Assembly (NCBI GenBank): GCA_950097015.1 | Contig: CATNEN010000011.1 | Coordinates: 5,394,001-5,458,000, forward strand | Source: Macrostomum hystrix | Taxonomy: Eukaryota; Animalia; Platyhelminthes | Length of the DNA stretch: 64,000 nt | Direction: 5' to 3' | In this document: in pieces, positions 8,985 through 19,994 of the stretch | How positions within the stretch are numbered: position 1 is the first letter of the stretch | How the letters are laid out: each line of letters opens with the position of its first letter | Translations under genes and position numbers: made by a program | Notes under the pieces: generated by a model | What the model saw: only the letters and a program-made list of their open reading frames with translations | The model's database searches: none | Told to the model about the DNA's origin: nothing

Positions 8985-10592
8985 ATGGCGGCTCATTGTG
9001 GCACTGAGCTGTGCCCCATTTGCTTCCGTGACCCGGTCAGGCTGAAGTGCGTCGACAGCGAGTGCCGCTTCGGAGCCATGTGCAGCTCCTGCTTCCAGTC
9101 GCATCACAGAGACGCGAACCACAAAGTTGTGGAGCTGCAAGCGGCCTCCATAATTGACCGCTGTGATCCAGTTGTTGCTAAGAGATTTGCTCAAGTGAAA
9201 GATCTGAGCGAGTTCCAGGAGGTCTCAGAGTCCGACCTCATCAATGCGATTCGGTCATTTGAATTCAGCGATTTCGACAATGCCGAGTTGCTCAGACAGT
9301 TGGAATGTAAATGCGCAAAATGCAGTTGCGTGATGCCTCATCTCAAGCTGGTTACCATGACGACATGCGGCTGTGAGCTGTGCTCAGCCTGCTTTCGCAG
9401 CTTTCTGCAAGGTCTGCCGAGTCGGGCGGACTGTCCGGCATGCAGAACAGCCTGGAGCAGCGATGCGGTGAGTCGCGAGTTCCTCAGGATTCAAGTGTAC
9501 GAGTTGGAGGCTGTGATGGGCTCAGATGAGGCTGGCAGAATGTTGCAGATGCTGGACGACTGGAGGGAACCTGAGGGAGCTGAGGCTGTTTCGCCGCGTG
9601 AAAGCAGCGATCAATCTGCCACTGCCACTCCTTCAGCCGAGGAGTCGCAAATTTCTGATTATTGTAACCTTTGCGGTTCGAATTTAGCCCGGATGCAGTG
9701 TACAGTTGACAGTTGTGTGGCGAGACGACTTTGCAATGATTGCGACCAACTCCTTCACAATCATCCGGCGAGAAAGGACCATTCTCGTACTGCTATAAAT
9801 ATGCAAACTGATCAGCTTGGCGACAACTCAGTTAAGCCGAACTCGATTGCCTGGTCTTGCCTACATTGCACTTTTGAGAATGCATTAAAGTGCGATATAG
9901 ACTATACAAGACACTGGCGCATTGCTTGCCAGGTGTGCAACAGCGTCCATAGCCTGTCGGATATTATTGAACTCATTAAATCCTCCACTGGCAGGAAGTT
10001 TTGCGTGAAGTGCTGCAGCTTGAATGATCCGCTGTCAGCAGGCTGCCAGTTATGCATGTCGACTAGGCGTAACAATGCGGCTGCCTCAACAAATCAGAGC
10101 ATTGAGGGGCCCACAAACCAACGAGAACTTATAAATAATCCTGAAACAATAGGTAGTAGCGCTGGGTCTGGTGCCTATTCAGTTCAAGGTCAGTTGATGC
10201 CAGCAGGTAGTGGCATTGAATCTCTGCCGCCAAGCTTCCCTAGGGGAACTGTGCACGGCAGCAAAGTTTCAGGGTCATCCCAGCTTCGCTCGTGCTGCAA
10301 ATGCCATCAAACTTCAATGGTGGACGTCTGCGCGAGCGTGTTTCAGTGCTCTCATTCCGACTGCAAAGCCGTAACTTGCTGCTCGTGTTCGGGGGAGATT
10401 AAAACACCTGGCTTCTGTCAAAAGTGTCACAGGCCTGATAGCGGGCGAAGCAACCTAGAAGACTCGGTTTGCGGGCATGCTTTAATGCCATCGAGTTCGG
10501 ATGACTCCTACCTTTGGTGCGACACGTGCAAGCGAATCGCTTGCAAGAGGTGCAGGCGAGTTATTCGCTCAATGGGTCATCATCACTGCTGA
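8985..10592 (+). CDS. HOIP-like paralog 3, domain-shuffled: B-box-like, UBA-like/RING1, B-box, 2x NZF, IBR-like Cys-rich C-terminus
   Basis: ELLRQLECKCAKCSCVMPHLKLVTMTTCGCELCSACFRSFL aligns with gene 1 ALLSQLQCKCSRCAQLLPRHKLVSMIACECQMCPDCFRGYL. Internal B-box CNLCGSN...LCNDCDQLLHNHPARKDH; NZF WSCLHCTFEN. The C-terminus aligns with that of paralog 2. Confidence 0.82.
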   Translation: MAAHCGTELCPICFRDPVRLKCVDSECRFGAMCSSCFQSHHRDANHKVVELQAASIIDRCDPVVAKRFAQVKDLSEFQEVSESDLINAIRSFEFSDFDNAELLRQLECKCAKCSCVMPHLKLVTMTTCGCELCSACFRSFLQGLPSRADCPACRTAWSSDAVSREFLRIQVYELEAVMGSDEAGRMLQMLDDWREPEGAEAVSPRESSDQSATATPSAEESQISDYCNLCGSNLARMQCTVDSCVARRLCNDCDQLLHNHPARKDHSRTAINMQTDQLGDNSVKPNSIAWSCLHCTFENALKCDIDYTRHWRIACQVCNSVHSLSDIIELIKSSTGRKFCVKCCSLNDPLSAGCQLCMSTRRNNAAASTNQSIEGPTNQRELINNPETIGSSAGSGAYSVQGQLMPAGSGIESLPPSFPRGTVHGSKVSGSSQLRSCCKCHQTSMVDVCASVFQCSHSDCKAVTCCSCSGEIKTPGFCQKCHRPDSGRSNLEDSVCGHALMPSSSDDSYLWCDTCKRIACKRCRRVIRSMGHHHC

Positions 10593-10749
10593 CTGATGGC
10601 ATCTTCAATACTTTCACATTGAAGATATGATAAATCATGTGCTTAAATTCCTGAATAAAGGGACAGAAAGGCTAGACTGCGAATTGTTTTTTTATTACTG
10701 CTATTTGCACCTTTTGCTAATTATCAATGAGTGATTCTGCTTTTCCCCC

Positions 10750-10983
10750 CTGACTACTGAGCACACACCTAGACAGATACCGTACACATGAGAGGCACAC
10801 ACTCACCGGTGTGTACATCTGTCCCTGAATTTCTCATCGTCAGGCAGTGTACACTCTCACTGTGCCTCGGAGGTTGGACGTCAAAAAGCGACAAGCCCAA
10901 TTTAAGCCTTCTCTCATTAGTTGCGCCCTAACTGAATATAGCCTCTCCTCGGATTCGAGCTCGTGACCTTACTGCGAGAGTCG
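10750..10983 (-). mobile_element. tRNA-derived SINE family 1, copy C
   Basis: Contains GTGTACATCTGTCCCTGAATTTCTCATCGTCAGGCAGTGTACAC and the head fragment GGATTCGAGCTCGTGACCTTACTGCGAGA. Confidence 0.7.
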
Positions 10984-11559
10984 GATCGCCATGCACTCCA
11001 AGTGCAGTGGGGTTAGATTAGAGCTTTCGATTATGTTACATTTTACATTTTACATTTTACATTTAATGTCTGTTTTTTTAGCACGAATGCGCGAATGGCC
11101 TAAAATGCTTTCAATACTGCTGAACCTCTACACTAACATTTACTGATAGTTTTCCGGCCTTTTAAAAACACTATTTAAATATCTTTTGTGTAGTTAAATA
11201 CTTTAAAAAATAAACATTTACTCCGCTTATTCGTCATATAAAAGCTTGTGCTCCAGAAAATGTTTAACAAGGAATCAAAATATTTAAGTCACTATTGCGC
11301 ATTTTTTCATGATTATGCTACGAAGCTAGGCGCTTGAATTAAAAAACTCAGCATACCTACTTAAAGTATGATATCTCATTCCAAAATATGACTTCTCATG
11401 AGGTAAAAATTGTGCTTTCATATTTATCAATCTATCACTCGCTTGTAGATTTAAACGATCACGGCACAATAAAATGAATAGCTTTGCGATCAATATAAAT
11501 GGATTTTAGTTTGATCACTTATGTCATTGTCTGATCCACTGTGTCATTTCTCTTATCCT

Positions 11560-12305
11560 ATTAGGTCATTATCTGATCCAGTGGGTCATTGTCTGCTCTA
11601 TAATTTTATTGTCTGGTCAAATTATGTGATTGACTGATATATTAAGTCACTTTTAGATCCTATTAGGTCATTATCTGATCCTATTATACTACTGTCTGAT
11701 CCATTAGGTCATTGTCTGATATTATTATATCACTCTCTGATCCATTAGGTCATTGTCTGATACAGTGGGTCATTGTCTGATACAGTGGGTCATTGTCTGA
11801 TACAGTGGGTCATTGTCTGATACAGTGGGTCATTGTCTGATCCATTAGGTCATTGTCTGATATTATTATATCACTCTCTGATCCATTAGGTCATTGTCTG
11901 ATACAGTGGGTCATTGTCTGATACAGTGGGTCATTGTCTGATCCATTAGGTCATTGTCTGATATTATTATATCACTCTCTGATCCATTAGGTCATTGTCT
12001 GATACAGTGGGTCATTGTCTGATACAGTGGGTCATTGTCTGATCCATTAGGTCATTGTCTGATACAGTCGGTCATTGTCTGATCCATTAGGTCATTGTCT
12101 GATAAAGTGGGTCATAGTCTGATCCATTAGGTCATAGTCTGATCCATTAGGTCATCGTCTGATACAGTGGGTCATAGTCTGATCCATTAGGTCATTGTCG
12201 GATAAAGTGGGTCATAGTCTGATCCATTAGGTCATTGTCTGATACAGTGGGTCATAGTCTGATCCATTAGGTCATTGTCTGGTCCAATAGGTCATTGTCT
12301 GGTCC
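11560..12305. repeat. 20-bp minisatellite
   Basis: Unit GGTCATTGTCTGATCCATTA, with variant GGTCATTGTCTGATACAGTG. Confidence 0.95.
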
Positions 12306-13239
12306 ATCATTTGTATCGTGTGTATCCCTAAGCAGATTTAATTAATTCCCATGTGATTCAGCTCATCAAGCTGTAAAATGATTAATTCTGTTCAGTCCAG
12401 TCCATGGACTAACAAGCTGTACATCGTTCTCGAATGGACCTAGGTGATTGTATTATTCCATCGAATCAATTTATCGTTGATAAATATTTTTTGTTCCGCT
12501 TATTATTGATATTCCCTTCTGATATCCAAATATAAATCGATGCGCCTCAAGTTTTACAAAGCAGTCAAATTCGTGCACTTAACAAAATGTCTGAGTAGGA
12601 TGAATTTACTCAGTCTTTCTAATCGATAACTGCTCAATTCCCAACCCAACTTGGGAGCTATCAAAGCTTCCGAATGCTTTTGCTTAATTCCGATTAATAA
12701 AGCAACTCTTCCTCAGCTTCTTGTGACGGTCGAGCCGTCAGTCAGGCATGTTAAACCGGATGGATATTTTTCTGCCCAAATCTGAGTACAGCTAGTCCAC
12801 TTTGAGACCATTTGGAAGGCTAACTCGGCTTGGGCATGCTGGTTACTTACAATCGATCGTCTGATGGTCTCGATCGCTATTTTTTATCTTCATTGGTCGC
12901 ATTCGTCTTCAACTAAAGGCCTTGTTTGGCTTGCTTGTGAACTTTTTCTGGGCAGCAAGGCCATCTCTCTATTGTCTGTCTTCCAACTCCCACTTTCCCA
13001 TATTCCTTCTTGACTTTCTCACTTCCTTCTCACCCTCTGTCTCTGTCTAACTCATTCATCTCTGTCTTTTTTCTCACTATCAATTTCAACAGTGTGAGTA
13101 CATTTTTGTTATTTTTTCTTCTTTCTCACGACTTTCTCATTTGTGTTTCTCATGTCTGTCTGTTTCTCTTGTCTTTTACAGACATCTCTCAGACTTTCTC
13201 AGTCTCTCTCGTCATTCTAATGACCTTTCGTCTTTCTCA

Positions 13240-14690
13240 CGACTCTCTCTTCTTTTCTCACTACTCTCTCTTCTTTTCTCACTACTCTCTCTTCTTTTCT
13301 CTTTACTTACTTACTTTGCAGGGGGGCCTGGGGCACCTGACGCACAAACACAGGAACGGCATGCCCCCAGGCCGGCGAACTAGGCGAAAGCCGCCCATCG
13401 CGCCGCCTCCCCTGAGCAGGCACCTCACACACACACAGCAGCAAGTCAAGCGGGGAAGGGGGCGGCAGCCGGAGTGCCTCTCACCCCAGGCCCGCACACG
13501 CACAGAGCAGACCAAGCCGGGGCAGAAGGCTGATAGAAATCAGTCCTCAGGGGGGGCCGGGTGGCGAGTGTACACTTTATCCAATCGCGCTGACGGAAAT
13601 CCAGATGAGCGCGCGGCGGTGTACACCCGCCCCCCAGCCACCCCCCGCAAGGTCTAACGCCCCAGCGCCAACGCACATAACTCATACAACGCAGAGCAGG
13701 CACACAGAAAGGTAGGAGCGAAGCTATTTTTCAAGCTTTGATTGCACGAAATATGGTGCACCTCCGCCGGTCGCTACTGTCCAAACCCCCCAACAAGTAC
13801 CGAAATTAATCGTGACTTGAAGGGTGAATCAAACTAGCGTCCTTTGGAGTGCGAGGCAGCGACGTTAGCCGCTGACCTACTCGCCCCCGCTCTTCTTTTC
13901 TCACTACTCTCTCTTCTTTTCTCACTACTCTCTCTCTCTTCTTTTCTCACTACTCTCTCTTCTTTTCTCACTACTCTCTCTTCTTTTCTCACTACTCTCT
14001 CTTCTTTTCTCACTAATCTCTCTCTCTCTTCTTTTCTCATTACTCTCTCTCTCTTCTTTTCTCACTACTCTCTCTTCTTTTCTCACTACTCTCTCTTCTT
14101 TTCTCACTACTCTCTCTTCTTTTCTCACTAATCTCTCTCTCTCTTCTTTTCTCATTACTCTCTCTCTCTTCTTTTCTCACTACTCTCTCTTCTTTTCTCA
14201 CTACTCTCTCTTCTTTTCTCACTACTCTCTCTTCTTTTCTCACTACTCTCTCTTCTTTTCTCACTACTCTCTCTCTCTTCTTTTCTCACTACTCTCTCTC
14301 TCTTCTTTTCTCACTACTCTCTCTCTCTTCTTTTCTCACTACTCTCTCTCTTCTTTTCTCACTACTCTCTCTCTCTTCTTTTCTCACTACTCTCTCTCTT
14401 CTTTTCTCACTACTCTCTCTTCTTTTCTCACTACTATTTCTCGTCTTTCTCACGACTTTGTCCCTCGTCTTTCTCACGACTTTGTCTCTCGTCTTTCTCA
14501 CGACTTTTTCCCTCGTCTTTCTCACGACTTTGTCTCTCGTCTTTCTCACGACTTTTTCCCTCGTCTTTCTCACGACTTTTTCCCTCGTCTTTCTCACGAC
14601 TTTATCTCTCGTCTTTCTCACGACTTTGTCTCTCGTCTTTCTCACGAATTTGTCTCTCGTCTTTCTCACGGATCTCTCGTCTTTCTCAGC
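13240..14690. repeat. CT-rich minisatellite (21-23 bp grading into a 24-bp unit), interrupted by a SINE at 13302-13889
   Basis: Unit CTACTCTCTCTTCTTTTCTCA, then CGACTTTGTCTCTCGTCTTTCTCA from about 14420. Confidence 0.92.
13302..13889 (-). mobile_element. Full-length tRNA-derived SINE family 2 (about 590 bp)
   Basis: Minus-strand head GGGGGCGAGTAGGTCAGCGGCTAACGTCGCTGCCTCGCACTCCAAAGGACGCTAGTTTGATTCACCC carries A-box-like and B-box-like motifs. GC-rich body, 3' hairpin and (GTAA)3 tail. Flanked by the 13-bp direct repeat CTCTTCTTTTCTC (13289-13301 and 13890-13902), which also matches the host satellite. Confidence 0.65.
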
Positions 14691-16029
14691 ACTCTCTGTC
14701 ATGTTTCTCACGGCTCTCTCGTGTTCCTCACGACTCAGTTCTTTTTTCAAATCTGACGTCGCCATATCGAAAAATGGTAGACTTATACTTTCAATTTCGA
14801 AATAAGTTTGTCAGCACTGGTGCAGTAAAAAAAGACGCGGAACAGAAAAATATGGATAAACAGACCGTCGTTAGTAGATGAAAGAAACAGGCATTGTATA
14901 ATTGGCTCGGGTAATGCCAGTGTCACGAACAGATTCGCCAACTCCGTTTGCAGAGATAATCAGCAGTTGATCTCATCGACGAGTAAGAAAACACATTACA
15001 CAAGACAGTGAAATAAGTACTCGTACTTCTTTGTTAATTTGGCCGTCTGCAGTTTGCATACTTTTGTCACGAATTCTCTTTATTATACTCGTAGATAAGG
15101 TTTTATTAATTATTCCAAGATTTCTCATCCTATTATTTTTTTTTCTTAATTAAATCATATTAACTCTACTATAACTACACTAAGTAGCTTGCTTACTAAG
15201 TAGACAGCACGATTCTAATGTATCTACCTGTAGCTTTATTTACCTACCGACCTTATCAACCAATCAGCTTATCTACCTACCGACCTATCTTACCCATCGC
15301 AGTTTATCTAGCTACCAATATATCTACCTATCAATTTATCTACCTACTGACTTATTTACCTACCGGCTAATCTACCAGCAGACTCATATACCTACCTAAT
15401 TTATCTACCTAACTATATATCTATCAACTGAATTATCTTCCTGGCAATTTACAAATCTTGTTTAATTTAGCTAACACTTCGAATGTTGGGTTCTTAACCC
15501 CGAGTTTGCTGTCAAGTATAATAAGGAGAAAATGGAATCAGAAACTGCGTTTCTCAAACTCAGCCCCAAGCAAGGTCAAGTGCGGCTCACATCTAGCAAA
15601 CAAAACTTACTGTTGTTAGCTTGCGGCCCGGCCCACCTTACCTCTTCCTCTGCTCAGTCCTCAATCTTGACTTGTACAGCTAAATGGCAAACATGAGTCC
15701 TATTTTTTCATGTGTTTCTAACCGCAAGTCAACTCAAGAACTGAGAATAACCGTTGCAGCCTCACTTCTCTCCTTTTCTTGACGAAAGCTAAAAGTGGAC
15801 TTGGAAATTGTTGGGGCCATTTTGGTACCAATTTTGTTACAATTTTGCTTCACACCTTCTCTCGTATTCGTAAATTTAAGGCCTAATTGTGCGTCGCCCT
15901 AGAGTTTTTTACAAAGCGGAATATTTTGATTCTTATGGTGGAATCTTGCGAAAATCGGTCATTCTGTTCGGGAACTATCGTGAAGTACACATCCGTGATC
16001 TTCCCCATGGTGCAAAACAGCTTGTGTTG

Positions 16030-16170
16030 GTTAGCTTGTGGTGGTTAGCTTGTGGTGGTTAGCTTGGGGTGGTTAGCTTGTGGTGGTTAGCTTGGGGTGG
16101 TTAGCTTGTGGTGGTTAGCTTGGGGTGGTTAGCTTGTGGTGGTTAGCTTGGGCTGGTTAGCTTGGGCTAG
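16030..16170. repeat. 14-bp tandem repeat
   Basis: Unit GGTTAGCTTGTGGT / GGTTAGCTTGGGGT. Confidence 0.9.
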
Positions 16171-16264
16171 TTACTGGGTGAGTGAGCCGCCGAGAGAAGG
16201 CTTGGCATAATAAATTAGAAAATTATTTTCAGGAGGGCTGCGGCCAATGGCCAAAAATTTGGCG

Positions 16265-16546
16265 ACACTAGACCTGCAGCCAGCGAGGAGGCAATGGTGC
16301 CCATTTTGCTGTCTCCTAAGCACACACGCACACAGATTCCGTGCGTAGGCACTCGCTCACACAGGTGTGTACATCTGCCCTGACTTTCTCGTCGTCAGGC
16401 AGTGTGCACTCTTGCACTGTGCCTTAGAGATTGGCCCTCCAGGGCGTAAACTGAACGACAAGCCCCTTAAGCCTTCTCTCCGCGGCTGCGCCTTAAATTA
16501 AGGACCTTGATGCGAGACGCAAACGAGTTAGACCGCTCTGCCACTA
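16265..16546 (-). mobile_element. tRNA-derived SINE family 1, copy D
   Basis: Same body as the other copies; head end ACGAGTTAGACCGCTCTGCCAC reads GTGGCAGAGCGGTCTAAC on the minus strand (A-box). Confidence 0.78.
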
Positions 16547-16899
16547 TAACCCTTGAAGGCTTGGCAGGTTGTCGTGCAATGCATACACGTACATCGTTAG
16601 GGCTTTCATTTTTACAACAAGAATCAGTTAGACTGTTGAAATCGATGGGCAACTATTCCAACAAGAATTCAGATTGCAATCTCAACTTTTGGTTTATAAC
16701 TTTTGTCATGCATTTCGTTTCGTCGCCAAATCAGCCGCGGTGATCGCTTGCTATGAAACAAAACATTCCAAAACGGCTGTTGTGGAGCTGGAACCAACTT
16801 GCTCCACAACTGCTAGCAAAGCCTATACTGTGCGAATATTTACAAGTTCGCTCTAGATTTTCCTGAGAAGCCCCACACTGCGTCTGGAATTGAAACCCT

Positions 16900-18290
16900 A
16901 AGGAAGCAGAACTTTCTGAATTTTTTCTGAGAAAAAAAACTTGTAAAAAATCAGTATGTCAAAAAATGCTGCGATATTAATTCTGGCGACCGGCTTTTTG
17001 TAGGCGTGCCATGAAATTAAAGATAAGGTCGGCCGTCTAGTGGATGAGGACACACGAACTGAACCTTCGAAAACGACTATACTTCTACTTGGAACTGCGT
17101 GATGCGGCTTGAAACAGGAACTACGGTTAAAATTTCTGGCGCACTTCACGACGTTAATGTAAATTATTGATCGACTTCAGAAACCGGGTGCAAATTCCAA
17201 ATTATCTTCAGGTCATGCATGCCATGATTCAGCGAATGGAAAGCTTTGATACAATCCCTGAAATATTACAACAATGCTCTATAAAAATCCTTAGCCCTAG
17301 GGGGTCATTAAACCACCGTGTAATTTCGCAGTAGCAAAGTGCAAGCAAAGATAAGTGCACCATAATATATATCTATAACTTTCAAAGCTAAAATGCAACA
17401 AAATCAATTTTTTCTCTCCTTCTACTCTCCTGTTCTCTGTAGCTTGTCAGCCGCGGTTCTGGATGGTGTCCGATAAGACTTCTTGAAGGATGACTGATGC
17501 CGATCTGCCGCAGCAGCAGCAGAAGCAGCTGTCAAGACTTGTCTTTGACTGCCGAGCGGCCCAGACAGACGACTTGTTGGCTTTCGCAGTGTTTCCAAAC
17601 CATTTTCCAGCTTTGTTAGATTGGGTGTCCGGCTGGGCCTGTGGAGAGTCAGCACGTTGCGTCTGTAGAGATTTCGTTCCCTAGTAGCGTTGATTTTCCT
17701 TATAATTTTGGCAGCGAAAATCATCAGCCCTACAACCAGTCTCGCTTTCTTAGACCGCCGAAAAACGTCCAAAGCAGAAAGAAATAATTTTGCCAACTGC
17801 TGGCTTGGCCTTGTTTGTCTGTTGGACCAAACACTACTATGCAGCTATTGAACAAACGACTGCCTTCTCTACAGCCAGCAGATCCTAATGACCGCGAATG
17901 CTTCAGTTTAAGTGCAGATCGGATTCCAGCGCCTGGCGACTCGCGCTGTAAAATACTTGCCAACCCTAACTTGCATATGAGGTGGAGGGTATTAGAAATA
18001 TGCTCTTGAAAATGCTTTTCCTTGTTAGCTTTCGAATTTATGAACACTTCCAAAGCTAGCAGTTTCTGATGACGCTACTGAAGCTGCTGATCACAGAGAC
18101 GAGGCCGCGGTTAATTGTGCGCAGAAAGATTTTTTCAGCTTGCATCGCGGGTGAAGAATTGGCAACATGAAAAGGCACCGAGGGTTTTCGGGCCATATGC
18201 TGCCAGCCAATAGCGGAATTAAAATCTGAAATACCAAACAGTAAAATACCACGTGGGTATTTCAAATACCCACATTCTTCTTTTTTCTGC
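16900..18290 (-). pseudogene. Possible heavily decayed non-LTR retrotransposon RT fragment
   Basis: Minus-strand 17265-17221 translates YFRDCIKAFHSLNHG, resembling the RT motif F.D..KAF.S..H. SSWQNYF lies upstream near 17790. Many stops and frameshifts; boundaries uncertain. Confidence 0.3.
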
Positions 18291-18332
18291 ATCTCCTAAA
18301 ATAGATTGGCTGCGTTAATTGAGGGTGGGTGT

Positions 18333-19029
18333 GGCGTCTCCCCAGTCCATGGACTGAACAGCCGTACGCAACCTTCAGATGCGCCGCGCAAAAGCTGCGG
18401 CTGTGCTGTGGGCTGCGCATTTGGCTCAATTGGGGCAGGTGTAATCATGCAGTTATTAATATTACCATTATTATAGCCATAAAATAATGTGGATTTAAAT
18501 TTAAATCGGATAGGAAATCTTAAGTAGAAAAAATAAAAAGAAATTCGGGATCTGGAATGGGGTATCCCAGCATAGGGAATAAGGAAACAGCAGATTAGCT
18601 CAATAGAGGAGGAAACACGTAGGCTTTAAACAGAGAGGATCGGAACCATCTGTAAAGTGGCAGATTACACAAAAGGAGTATTAGCACCAGGAGATTAAAC
18701 AAATCATTGAAGATGAGCAAGAAAAGCAACAAACTTTAAAAGCAAGCATTTCGATTAGCTAAATTAGAGAAAATAATAGCTCGTAGTCAACAATGCGAAA
18801 ACACCTCATAGGTAGCAGGCAGACAGGAGATCAATCTAGTTTGCTGCGAGAACCGAAGCCGCTAGTGTTGGGACTGCGGCGATAAGGCGACACCGGGCTA
18901 AAGTCGGCCGAACTAGTATAGCCTAGTAGGAGAGTTCGGCAGCGATTAATAACAGCATGACAATCCGTAAAGCCTTCTCAACGCGCTTCAAAGAGTGTAC
19001 AGCTGCTCAGTCCGTGGACAGGGGAGGCC
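18333..19029. mobile_element. Putative MITE / non-autonomous DNA transposon (about 700 bp)
   Basis: About 33-bp imperfect terminal inverted repeats: TCTCCCCAGTCCATGGACTGAACAGCCGTAC versus the reverse complement CCTCCCCTGTCCACGGACTGAGCAGCTGTAC. No TSD recognised. Confidence 0.5.
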
Positions 19030-19994
19030 GCATAGATACCAATCGCCATTAAATTCAGAAGATCAGCTCAAGTTTTCCGGTCTGTCCGATTAAACTACTT
19101 CTAGAATTACAGAACATCGGCATTGTGGAGGCAGTCAACGGTTCTCGTGGCAAAACCAACGATAAATGCATCTTTTTTCAGCTCACAAAATTTCATTCAT
19201 GATGCAACCGTGTCGGCTATTTTGTAGATTATATTGTTAATTTTCATATTTTTGGACCAATATGGATTCGCCATAGAGGTATATATAGAGCAACGACCTT
19301 GTCACCAGAGTCATTGACAAGAAACACTGAATATTTCAACGATGCTGACATCGAAAATTGTGGAACCATACAATGAACTTTCAGGATAATCAGTCATTCG
19401 ATTTGGAAGCTATCATGAAGTAGGCACTGAGTATTTGAAATATCACCGTGCTCTTTCCCCAGGGGCAGAAATAGCGTGGTGTTTCTAAACAGTTAAACAT
19501 TAATTGTTTCTATGGTTCTAATTCACGTTTCCATATAAGGAAATCGTTCGATAAGGAAATGCTTCGCCAGATCCACAGACTCTCTGAGTCACTCCCAGAA
19601 AATAATTATTCCCTCGCTCACCGAGGCACTCTTTGCCACTCTCTTGTGTTCAATCTTACTGAAAATAGGTGAAAATGTCTTCAGATAATCCTTTCTTCGC
19701 CTTTTCATTTACTATTGTCACCTATTTGAGTTCCATTTCCACGATTGTCGCAACACTTTATCACTGGCCAATCACAGAGCTCGGACCATTCCCAGTTTGG
19801 ATCGCTCTTCACCCGCCTCAAATTCTGCCTTAGGCAAGGCACTCCTCCGCAAAGATTCTTCAAGCCGTTAGTGTATTAACAGGCCTGCCTGGGGACAAGC
19901 TAGCCTTCCATTCGCAGCTGTGAAATCAGGCGATCAGCTCCACAAAGCTCTGACCAGTTCCTGCCACAGACTGAAACAGACCAGAGAACGGCAC

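Noticed and set aside
13010-14805. ORFs rich in SLFFSHY / RKEERVV
   Set aside because: Translations of the CT satellite and the embedded SINE.
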